In this document: piece by piece, positions 13,560 through 24,879 of the stretch
Layout: every line of letters begins with the position of its first letter
Position numbering within the stretch: position 1 is the first letter of the stretch
NCBI RefSeq assembly: GCF_006345805.1
Contig: NC_043003.1
Span: 43,772,001-43,836,000 of the forward strand
DNA: 64,000 nucleotides
Reading direction: 5' to 3'
Origin: Octopus sinensis
Lineage: Eukaryota
Position numbers and translations under genes: made by a program
Notes under the pieces: model-generated
What the model saw: the letters and a program-made list of their open reading frames with translations, nothing else
Database searches by the model: none
What the model was told of the DNA's origin: nothing

Positions 13560-13740
13560 ACGAAGAAATAATGCTTAGCGGCATTTCTTCCGATTTTACG
13601 TTCTCAGTTGAAATGTCGCCGAGATCGATTTTGCCTTTCATCCTTTCTAGGTAGATACAATAAGTTTCAGTTCGCACTGGGGAGGGTGTTATCGACTTAT
13701 CCCGTCGCAAAAATTTTCTGGCCTTGTGCCAAAATTTCAA
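13560..13740 (+). mobile_element. SINE-like repeat fragment (family D)
   Basis: aatgcttagcggcatttc...tcgccgagatcgattttgcctttcatcc...ggccttgtgcc. Confidence 0.7.
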
Positions 13741-14299
13741 ACCATTATTTCTGACTAATTTCTTTATCGTATAGAGGAGGTATCAGTCAACTTTGCTAAT
13801 GTTAGAAGATGAGTCGTTCATCTGTTTTTGACTCCACGACTAAAGATATTTCCAAGTGCTATTCCTTGTATTTTGGTTGTTAACGCTCTGAAAACTACCG
13901 TTTATTCTTCCGTTTTCCCTGTAGCTTTTCTTTATTTCACTTGATCATATTTTTACTATTCTACCATTGACTCGGAGTATTTGCTATGTTTGGCTTCGAC
14001 AAAAAGAACAACTAGGTTTATACCTAGTAACATCAATAACATGACTTTTGTTTCAGCTTCAAATGGGAGTTGTTCAGTTATTGCTGTATGGCCTTCCGAG
14101 TTAATTAATAATTCGAAGATCATTTTCACGTCTTCTAACCAAAGATTACCTTTCCTTAATCCTACTTTGATTTCTTTACCGTATTGCAACTCGATCATTA
14201 CTAACGATGAAACTAGGTCATGTGCAATTTCCTTTATTGTAACTTTTTGTATTTGCCTTATGGTGCAGTAATTTAAGATAGTTTCTCACGTGTCTTGAA

Positions 14300-14405
14300 G
14301 GGCTTGTTGCATTAATAGTCGTAAGGGGACGATTGTTCGACTAAACTCTTCAACGTGGTGTCCAAGGATAGTGCAGTCCAATGAATAAAACAGGTAAACA
14401 ATAAA
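14300..14405 (+). mobile_element. SINE 3' tail fragment
   Basis: gactaaactcttcaacgtggtgtccaaggatagtgcagtccaatgaataaaacaggtaaa resembles the family B tail. Confidence 0.45.
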
Positions 14406-14487
14406 CGATGTGTAACAATTGTTTTCTGTATTACTAGAATTATTAATATTCATTTCCTTCTGTGTAATTGTAATGCCCATCATTCTA

Positions 14488-14690
14488 GAGGTGAATTATC
14501 CAAACCTCAATGAATTCCTCTTAACACATGGTTATGATTCTCCCCCAGTATTTTTGCTCCTGTGCAGAGATCCACATACCATCAACCGCTAAGGAACATG
14601 GTCAACTGGTTGAGGTTAAGCAACTGACAAAGAAATCTATGGTTTTGAGCAGAGTATTTGCAGTAACACATCTTGTATACCAAGAGAATT
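14488..14690 (-). mobile_element. Unclassified interspersed repeat
   Basis: Recalled as a recurrent cephalopod repeat (gaggtgaattatccaaacc...caactggttgaggttaagcaactgac); family not assigned. Confidence 0.35.
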
Positions 14691-14696
14691 TTTATC

Positions 14697-14716
14697 TATC
14701 ATCATCATCATCATCA

Positions 14717-14768
<52 letters not shown>

Positions 14769-14808
14769 CATCATCATCATTATTATTATTATTATATTAT
14801 TATTATTA

Positions 14809-14890
<82 letters not shown>
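14697..14890. repeat. (TCA)n/(TTA)n microsatellite at the 3' end of an R4/Dong copy
   Basis: Direct reading. Confidence 0.95.
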
Positions 14891-14894
14891 ATTA

Positions 14895-15225
14895 TTGTAT
14901 TTCAAATGTACTCAACAGGTTAGACTATTTGAAATCAAGAACCTTAACATCTTAGATTCCAAGAATTCTTCTAAATTTCCTAGCTGTACCTAATAACACT
15001 GTTTTCTGGAGCTGTACTAAACTGTGTTTTACGCCTATTTCCTCTATCTGTTCAGATCTTTAGGGATAGTTCCCAATGCATCTATAACTACTGGGATACG
15101 TTTTACCCGCACGTTCCATAGTCTCTGTTATTCAATTGCTAGATCCTGTTATTTTGCTACTTTTCAACACTTCGCATATTAATGTTCCGTAGAGTCTATT
15201 ATCTGCCACTTACTTTTCACTTTAT

Positions 15226-15298
<73 letters not shown>

Positions 15299-15302
15299 CG
15301 CT

Positions 15303-15337
<35 letters not shown>

Positions 15338-15434
15338 CACTACTACCACTACTACTACTACTACTACTACTAATAATAATAATAATATGATACTACTGCT
15401 GCTGCTGCTTCTGCTGCTGCTGCTACTGCTGCTG

Positions 15435-15501
<67 letters not shown>

Positions 15502-16640
15502 GGCAACGACGACGACGACGAAAGCAGGCCTTCTAGCTTCTATTATTCTGTCAGTCTCAATGTTGAAGTCCCACAACCTCTTATATTTCTTACTTTCTAA
15601 TACTTTACTAGATTTGTGTTCGTATCATTTATCAGTATGGTAAAATCCTCGCCTTTTACATAAACCCCAATGGATTACTCTCCCTAGATTGTGATTCTTT
15701 TCCTCTTTTGATTTGTATAATCTTCATTGGGAATCTACTTTGCTCATCTTCACTAATATCCAATTAGTGCTTAATGCTCCATCTTGTGCAGCTACTAACA
15801 AACATTCTATCTCCCTCTTAAGATTTCCTTGCTGCATCCATAGCCATATCACTCTACTACTATTTGCTGCAACTATCTTTGGCAATCTACCATACAACGC
15901 CTTCTCCTGCCAGTCAGATAATTTGTTCTGTTTTTGATCTTTAAGTTTGTTTGGAATTTTGGTTTCCCTATGTCTTGCTGTGACTCTAGTAGCTTTTAAT
16001 AAACTTCCTTCACTATTACCTACACAGGAGTCTCTATATACTCTAACTAACTCCACGCAGTCTTCTACTGATATTAACCCTCTTCTGCTTTCCTTTCTAG
16101 GTAGGTATAATCTTGCTACTCTCACCCTTGGGTGGGGTCCTCCGTTTATATTGAACTCCTTCCTAGTTCTTCTGTCTAGCTTTGCTAAACTAGTTTTTGT
16201 TCAATTTACAAAAGCTGCTGTGCAATTAAATAATGATACTGCCCAATTGTTTACAGCCTTCACTAGATTGAGACCGTTTGGCTTTGACTTTATTAACTTG
16301 CACACGCTTCTGATGTACTCCAACTAAATTTTCGTTTTCATTTCTGCAGTTAGTACCCTGTCAGATTCTAATACTCCTAGATCCCTCCGCTTTTCAATAA
16401 TTTTAGTGTCATGTCATCTGGTAATTTAATGCCCACGCTTTTGACTAACTGTCCCCTTCTCATGGCTAATATTGCATACTTATCTATGCAAAATTCTATG
16501 CCTATAGTTTTACTCAAGAGTCTTAGAGTCTGTATCAAGTTATTTATATATATATTTCATTCTTACTAAAAAACTTCAGATCATCCAAGTCGAGCAAATG
16601 GTCAATTTTCCCCTTACTATTTCTTAACTGATACCCAGTT
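14895..16640 (-). mobile_element. R4/Dong-like non-LTR retrotransposon (RT C-terminal half plus REL endonuclease), decayed and split by an internal microsatellite
   Basis: KIDHLLDLDDLKFF (RT xxDD site, about 16560-16600); RLYLPRKESRRGLISVEDC; WDFNIETDRIIEARRP; DKVKSKWQIID; DLAIE.QRLWNVRVKRIPVVIDALGTIP; LQKTVLLGTARKFRRILGI*. Confidence 0.92.
15226..15520. repeat. Compound (CTA)n/(TAA)n/(CTG)n/(GAC)n array inside the R4/Dong ORF
   Basis: Direct reading. Confidence 0.95.
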
Positions 16641-16645
16641 TTTGC

Positions 16646-16938
16646 CTTCTCTCTTCTTCTTCTTCTTCTTCTTCTTCTTCTTCTTCTTCTTCTTCTTCTT
16701 CTTCTTCTTCTTCTTCTTTTCTTCTTCTTCTTCTTCTTCTTCTTCTCTTCTTCTTCTTCTTCTTCTTCTTCTTCTTCTTCTTCTTCTTCTTCTTCTTCTT
16801 CTTCTTCTTCTTCATTATCATCATCATCATCTTCTTTTTCTTCTTCTCATTATTATTATTAGTAGTAGTAGTATAAGTGGTAGTAGTAGTAGTAGTAGTA
16901 GAAGTTGTAGTAGTAGCAGCATTAGTAGTAGTAGTAGC

Positions 16939-16980
<42 letters not shown>
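16646..16980. repeat. (CTT)n then (TAG)n compound microsatellite
   Basis: Direct reading. Confidence 0.95.
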
Positions 16981-16982
<2 letters not shown>

Positions 16983-17004
16983 ACTGTGAACAGAAAAAAA
17001 TCGT

Positions 17005-17185
17005 TAGCCAATCGGATAAAATGCTTAGTGGCCCTTCATCCGTCTTTACGTTCTGAAGTTCAAATTACTCCCATCTCTTTGGAGTTGATACTATAGGTAC
17101 CAGCTGGGCATAATGGCTGATGTAAACAACCTCCCTCCTGCCCCCGAAACCATTGGCTTTGCGCCAAAATTTGAAATTCTCACCG
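17005..17185 (+). mobile_element. SINE-like repeat fragment (family D)
   Basis: aatgcttagtggccc...ctttacgttctgaagttcaaatt...gcgccaaaatttgaaat. Confidence 0.6.
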
Positions 17186-17189
17186 GTAT

Positions 17190-17229
17190 TGTTATCATCA
17201 TCATCACCATCATCATAATCATCATCTTC

Positions 17230-17261
<32 letters not shown>

Positions 17262-17320
17262 CATGACCATCATCATCATCGTCATCATCATCCTCATCCT
17301 CATCATCATCATCATCATCA
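17190..17320. repeat. (ATC)n microsatellite
   Basis: Direct reading. Confidence 0.95.
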
Positions 17321-17739
17321 ATTGCCTCAATAGTTTCATAGGAGATATTACCGCATAGCAAAGTGTTCCTGAGGTGTATGTAGTCTTAACTATCTTGGAG
17401 TAAGAAAGTACTTTTCGGTTACTACTGATTTCAATGCGGCGTTGGTGGGATTTGTGTTTTTAATGTTTATTCTGTAATTTTAACGTTTTGTCTTTTGTTG
17501 GTGATATGGCTTTGATGTTATGAGAGAGGCTATTATTTGAAATAAATGTTGCGTGTGTTGTGCAAGTCTAAGTAGGTGATGGTGTCAAATGTTCTGTGTT
17601 CGGTTTGCGTAACCGTATTGACTTATATATCTGTGTACATGTAGTATTCCTTGTGTGAGTTGTTTTATAATATCGATTTCTTTACCAACAATACCTCGTA
17701 TTTGGAAAGGGCTGATGTAGTCTATTACATCATTTACAA

Positions 17740-17880
17740 TAGTTGCCTGCTACGTTATTTTATCGACCCATGGCGGATGAAAGGTAACTTTAACTTCAAT
17801 GTCATTTGAACTTCGGAAGTTAAGTCTTTACTAAATGTCGCAGTCACTTTTTTGTCCGATGCTCAAACGTTTTTACGAAT
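17740..17880 (-). mobile_element. SINE-like repeat fragment (family D), reverse orientation
   Basis: ttttatcgaccc..ggatgaaagg..atttgaactt. Confidence 0.55.
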
Positions 17881-19854
17881 CTGCTGCCAAGAGGTGAATC
17901 ATGATATTGGACTCTAGTTGTATGTATAATACTAATCGTACACGTTGTGTTACAGCATTAGGATGTAATTGCAAATAGAACTTATTGTGTGCGTTGTGCT
18001 ATATTGTAGAAAGATAGCAGTCTCAGATATGTTGTGTATTTATTTGTGTTTTATATAACCCAGCTCGTTCAACTCAATCGTAGACAATACAATAAAATAA
18101 CACAAGAAGAACCTACGTGATGTTCTTTGTCTTGTCACTTGATGTGCTAGGAATACCAGTCAAGACTTCTTGAAATCACGTTATTACTCTGTTTTATCAA
18201 TTAGTGAAGAATCATCTGGAGCTCAGCAACAACATCAAAAACGTAACATAATTTATGCATCAGATAATGAGTCAATCAATAATATATGCTATAATCGAGT
18301 ACTGATGTTGACCGCATCTATTACTCTTCTCAACAAGATATGTGCCAATAGCAGAAATCCATTATGGTTTCAGACGTGTTGTCTGAAACAAACTAATGTA
18401 ACTTCGACAATCCCACTCGTTTAGTGAATTGAAAATATCTAACATAATGGAAAGTATGCAAAAAAAAAAAAGTGAAAAGGAAAATTATATAAAAGAAAAA
18501 CATATGAAGCAAAGCAATTTTCGCTTTGCTGCAGTGTATAAATGTGTTCAATTAGAAAATCAGGTGGATACATGGTTTACTAAAGCGTGCATAGCTAGCC
18601 AGAATATTTTCACAACGATTGTTAAATAATTTGACAGACACAGCGGGCTGTTACTGTTGCGGTATGATAAATTATTTTATAATGTGAATACATTAGTTCA
18701 CAGAGAAAATCAGGGAATAAAATTCCATTTAGTTAAAAAGTCAGCGTATTCGATTATTTTGGTGAAATGAATATTTCTTCTGAAAACGGAAAGCAAGATG
18801 AAATAAAATGATGTTATTGCTCTGAATTTTCCATTGGTCAAAGTAGAGAATTCTTTCATTATCGTGGTTTTGGCATTTTAACGTCTGACATATAGAATGT
18901 CGGACTATATGCTTTAATGTGTTTTGCTCTATCTGCATGTGTTATAGTAATTTTCACTCATGTCATTTTAGCCTTTGTATTCTCTCTCAGTAAATTCAAT
19001 AACATGATACCTGTCATGTCTTAGAGATATTTCAATGCAACAAACAGTTCCGTTACTAACTTGAAATGTTATCAACAGTGTGTGAATTCTTTACATAAAA
19101 ATGGGGCAACCTACTGAGGTGTAGTTATGCTGGTCATCAATTTACTATTCACGTTAGTGTAAATAATGTTTAGTGTAAATAATATAAATTGAGGTTAAAG
19201 TGATTCAGAAACGCAGGTGTGGCAATGATATAATGTAACGTATACAATACACACATTCTCATTTACTAAATCATATGGTATATTGAGATACCAGAGGCAA
19301 CAAAGATTACAAGGAGAATGGCGTTGATGGTTTTTTTCTGAAATTCTGGTCTAGGTCAGTAGCTCCCACTAAGGTGGTCTTGAGATTATTCAGTCAAATG
19401 TCACTCTTTCAACTCAAGACAACTGAACTGATGTACTTAATAATTTCACAAATAAAAGTAATTTAGATCACATGAAATTATTTTGAATGAAACTGTTTAT
19501 TATCCTTGTTAAGATAATTGGAGTGGACTTGAAATATTGCTATGTTGCCCAAGACTGTGGATACAGATTTACTTTAGCGAAAAAGAAAGGAAACATAGGA
19601 AAATGCTAAAATCAACAATCGGAAATAATAGACACAGGGGTAAAAATCAAACGCATTACAAAGTGTACTGCGTTTGATTTTTTTAATATAAAACGTAGGC
19701 ATTTATTTAAATTGTAGGCATATTCATAAGATTAAAGCGTATTTTTATTTGCTCTTTTCTGGAGGATTTATTATATCGTCTTTATTGTTGAAGTATAATG
19801 TATATCCAAATAATATGCTGTAGGTCTATGTAAAATTCTAAAATGATGAGCATC

Positions 19855-20530
19855 TATTATAGGCACAAGGCCGGAAATTTAAGGAGATGGGGCAAGTCAA
19901 TTTCGTAGACTCTACTGCTCAAATATTATTCCCTTTACCGCCCTTGAAAGAATGGAAAGCTAACTGGACCCTGGCGGCATTTGAATTTATAATGTAATAC
20001 CAGGTAAATGCAGCTAAGCATTTTGTCCGGCGCGGTACCAATTCTGCCAGCTTGCTGCGTTTTTACAGCCGTAATAATGTTTTCAAATTCTGGTACAAGG
20101 CTAACAGTTTCGGAATAGGGGGTAAGTCGATTACATCGGTCCCAGTACTCAACTGGTACTTATTTTATCGAATCAGTAAGGACGAAAGAAAAAGTCGACT
20201 TCTGTGGAATTTGAACTCAGAAAATATGCACGGACGTAATGCTGCTAAGCATATTACTCGGATCGCTAACGAGTTTCCAGTTCTCCGCCTTTTTTTTTAG
20301 AGCTGTAATAATCTATCCTAATAAAGGCACATGGCGTGAAATTTATTGTAGGGAGGGGAGTAGTCGATTACATCGACCCCTGGTTTTCACTGGTACTTAA
20401 TTTGGGGAAAGCGAAAGGATGAACGGCGGAGATCGACTTCAGCAGAATTTGAACTCAGAACGTAGCTACGGGCGAAATATTGGCAAGCATTTCTTCGAAC
20501 GTGCTAAAGATTTTGCCAGCTCGCCAACTT
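19855..20530 (-). mobile_element. Three consecutive diverged family D SINE-like copies
   Basis: The motif gtcgattacatcg..cccagtact..aactggtactta....gaatttgaactcagaa occurs three times (about 19855-20035, 20060-20285, 20320-20530). Confidence 0.7.
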
Positions 20531-20934
20531 TTTGTTTTTAGAACTGAAATATTGGCAACACGTGTGTAATTACATTTAGAAATATGCATTTCAAGATCAT
20601 TCATTGCTTTATATTAATATGTTTAAATGTGATTTTAAAGGCTACCATTAGTAAAGCAGATCACATTTAATGACGAATTCTTCAGTGAAAGAATGTATTG
20701 CCTAGTAAATCATATATTTAATAGGTATTGAATATAATATATTTCATCTTCACTCCAAGATAAAATTTATGTATCCGCCGTTTTGTCTGTCTAGCTATTT
20801 ATATCTCTTTCTTTATACATGGAAACACACAGATACATGCACACTTGCTCAATCACTCTAACTCACAGACTTTCCTTCATGAGAGTTAGTAGGGAGATAG
20901 TGAGAAATAGAGACTCCATGATAGAATGAGCGAT

Positions 20935-21082
20935 GGAGAAAGAGAGAGAGAGAAAGATATAGACAGAGGTGAGAGAGAGAGAAAGAAATATACAGAAGAG
21001 TGAGCAAGAGAGAGAGAGAGCGAGCGAGAGAGAGAGCGAGCGAGAGAGAGAGCGAGCGAGAGAGAGAGCGAGCGAGAGAGAG
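20935..21082. repeat. (GA)n array with a 14-bp higher-order unit gagcgagcgagaga
   Basis: Direct reading. Confidence 0.9.
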
Positions 21083-21708
21083 AATGTGTAAAGGAGAATG
21101 GGACAAATAGAGTCAAGCGGAGAACGAAAGAGAAAGCATGAGAGAGCAAGCTTAACAGGGAAGGGCGTTCGGAAACTGAATACGAAAAGTTCAAGGGATG
21201 GGGTATTATTACTTTTCCTTCAAAGGGATTTTGGAGTGTGAGTCAAGTTTTTGAGTATAAAAATTTTGCCTGTGCATATGGCGGCTGAAATATTTTCATT
21301 GTGTCAAGTTCCGCCATAATAACACGGCAGTTATTTAGATCAATTCTCTTGCCAGTGTTCCACTTTCTACATCTGTTGTGAGCATTTGCTTGTGGTTTGA
21401 AGTGTTAGGTGATCTACCCGCTGGCATCGCATGCTGTGCTTTCCTATTTCAACTGCCTGACATAGATTGCAAATTCTATAATATTCTGCATTTTATTGCT
21501 CCTGAAGGACGTGACCCAATCTGACATCTCTTGAAAATTCTTCTTGTCAAGCTGATGGGAATTTCATGTTGGTTTGCCTTTTCGTTTGCTTACAAACATA
21601 TGAACCCTCTTTCATAAGCGATAGGCTGAGTCTTACATAATCGATTCAGTGATCAATTATTATGTGCTCTGCATTCATCTACAGCCTACGTGGGCAGAAT
21701 AGATAATG

Positions 21709-21870
<162 letters not shown>

Positions 21871-22009
21871 TAATAAATATTAGGGAATAAATCCAATTTT
21901 ATAGTAAAATATTATAAAATATTATTAGAGACAAAACCACTACTTTGCAAAACAAACAAGGAAATACTTAATCAATACATAAAATTTTAATAAATAGTCA
22001 AAAAAACCG

Positions 22010-22052
22010 CCACTACAATTGTTTCTTGTCTTGATCGACAATCTTCAGGTGG
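22010..22052 (-). ncRNA. Minimal type I hammerhead ribozyme
   Basis: Minus strand ccac-CTGAAGA-ttgtc(gatcaa)gacaa-GAAA-caattg-TA-gtgg. Confidence 0.85.
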
Positions 22053-24314
22053 ACTTCCAATCTAAAATATCAATATTTTAAAATATAAAAATAATAATTT
22101 TAAAATAATTAAAGTGTTAATGAAAAAATATAAATATATAATCCATATATAACCTATATATAATCCATATATAATCAATATATAAACAATATATAATCTA
22201 AAATAAACCTATCAACAATTAAATATAAAATATAAAATATAAAATATAAAATATAAAACAGAACAAAAAAATAATAATAATATAATAATAAACTATATAT
22301 ACACCCATACACATATACCTAATTATATATAACCATATCTAACTACATACACTAAATCACACCCCTATATATATCCCTATACATACACATAAAAACGTCT
22401 AGGCAACTATAAATAAATAAAATAGCTAAATACTTCAACACAATACTTATTCATACTCCCACACACACACACATACAACCCACATTCACGCTCTAGAAAA
22501 CGGACATCACTTAAAATTATGAACGGAGAAATGGAATAAATGGAATTAAAAATTATATTCACTTTGTAAAATGAACACTACTTAAAAATTATGAATGAAA
22601 CAATGCGATAAAACAACAGACATCGCAAATAGACACAAATTACTACGAATTCCTTAACAAACCTACCATGATAAACCAAAACTCATAAAAACATATAATG
22701 ATAAAATCTCCCTTTACTAAACTCTATAACATACCTATATAGCAATCCCCCTAACCTAAACATTCACACACAAATACACACACGTAAACCACACACCCAC
22801 GACATATACAAATACCCACACCACTTACACATACCTATACATACATATAAACCTCAACATATACTCCAAAAACCCACTCAACCCCACACAGACAAATAAA
22901 CACAAAAATTATGAATGGATTCTTTTATAAAACTACCATGATAAGCTAAAACTCACAAAACATAAATGATAAAACCTCCCTTTACTAAACACTATAACAT
23001 ACTTATATAGCAATCCCTTTAACCTATACATTCACACACAAATACACACACGTAACCACACACCCATAACAAATACAAACACCCACCCCACTCACACACA
23101 CCCACAAGTACATATAAGCCTCAACATATACACCAAACAAAATTACTTTACCAAAGAACTTAACATATGTATAAAAAGTATAACCGCTCTGGAAACGAAC
23201 ATCTTTTAAAATAATGAATGGAGAAATAGAATAAATGGAATTAAAAATAATATTCACGTGGCAAAACGAACACCACTCAAAAATTATGAATGAAACAATG
23301 TAATAAAACAACCAACATCGAAAAGAGACAAATTACAACGAATTCCATAAAAAAAACCATGATAAACCAAAACTCTTAAAAACATATAACGATAAAATCT
23401 CCCTTTGCTAAACTCTATAACAAACCTATATAGCAATCCCCCTAACCTAAACATTCATAATTTTTGTGTTTATTTGTCTGTGTGGGGTTGAGTGGGTTTT
23501 TGGAGTATATGTTGAGGTTTATATGTATGTATAGGTATGTGTAAGTGGTGTGGGTATTTGTATATGTCGTGGGTGTGTGGTTTACGTGTGTGTATTTGTG
23601 TGTAAATGTTTAGGTTAGGGGGATTGCTATATAGTATGTTATAGAGTTTAGTAAAGGGAGATTTTATCATTATATGTTTTTATGAGTTTTGGTTATCATG
23701 GTAGGTTGTTAGGAATTCGTAGTAATTTGTGTCTATTTGCGATGTCTGTTGTTTTATCGCATTGTTTCATTCATAATTTTTAAGTAGTGTTCGTTTTACA
23801 AAGTGAATATAATTTTTAATTCCATTTATTCCATTTCTCCGTTCATAATTTTAAGTGATGTCCGTTTTCTAGCGCGTGAATGTGGGTTGTATGTGTGTGT
23901 GTGTGGGAGTATGAATAAGTATTGTGTTGAAGTATTTAGCTATTTTATTTATTTATAGTTGCCTAGACGTTTTTATGTGTATGTATAGGGATATATATAT
24001 AGGGGTGTGATTTAGTGTATGTAGTTAGATATGGTTATATATAATTAGGTATATGTGTATGGGTGTATATATAGTTTATTATTATATTATTATTATTTTT
24101 TTGTTTTGTTTTATATTTTATATTTTATATTTTATATTTTATATTTAATCGTTGATAGGTTTATTTTAGATTATATATTGTTTATATATTGATTATATAT
24201 GGATTATATATAGGTTATATATGGATTATATATTTATATTTTTCCATTCATACTTTAATTATTTTAAAATTATTATTTTTATATTTTAAAATATTGATAT
24301 TTTAGATTGGAAGT

Positions 24315-24357
24315 CCACCTGAAGATTGTCGATCAAGACAAGAAACAATTGTAGTGG
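24315..24357 (+). ncRNA. Minimal type I hammerhead ribozyme
   Basis: Stem I ccac/gtgg; core CUGAAGA 24319-24325; stem II ttgtc/gacaa; GAAA 24342-24345; palindromic stem III caattg; GUA triplet with predicted cut after 24353. Confidence 0.85.
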
Positions 24358-24879
24358 CGGTTTTTTTGACTATTTATTAAAATTTTATGTATTGATTAAG
24401 TCTTTCCTTGTTTGTTTTGCAAAGTAGTGGTTTTGTCTCTAATAATATTTTATATATATATATATATAATATATATATATATATATACACAAGCAAAAAT
24501 GCTAGTTCTAAAATGCTAGTTCTATATCTAATCATGTCTATTTCACTATATTTTGTTTTGTTTGCGCCGGTGAAGTTTTTACTGACTACAATTAGGGAGA
24601 TCTAGTTATGTATACACACACATACACAAACTCTTTTACGTGTATGCATGCATTGCATATTATATATATGTATTTATATTCATGAATGTATATTGCGAGA
24701 TGAGAAACCTACACTCGACATACACATCTTTACTGAAATCGAAGCAACATTATCTTCAAAACTGGAGGAAAGCTTTCATTGATAGTTAAAGAAACACTGA
24801 AGAGAATGGGTCATCGTGAAAAAAAAGTCACTCCTAAAGTGTTTTTTTTTCCTATTCTTCAAAGAGGATAAGGTAACTG

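Larger units (their letters stand above)
21913..24454. mobile_element. 2.5-kb fold-back element with about 1-kb inverted arms; non-coding, probable PLE pseudo-LTR derivative
   Basis: 21913-22917 is the near-exact reverse complement of 23452-24454 along its whole length; the spacer 22918-23451 consists of diverged copies of arm subunits. Confidence 0.92.

Noticed and set aside
8580-17361. Long ORFs of poly-V/L/S/T/Y/D (e.g. 8620-9267, 10156-10656, 14528-14993, 16642-16989)
   Set aside because: They are translations of trinucleotide microsatellites with no unique coding content or splice support
17480-17720. CA-rich minus-strand segment possibly PLE-derived
   Set aside because: I could not find convincing RT or GIY-YIG motifs in any frame
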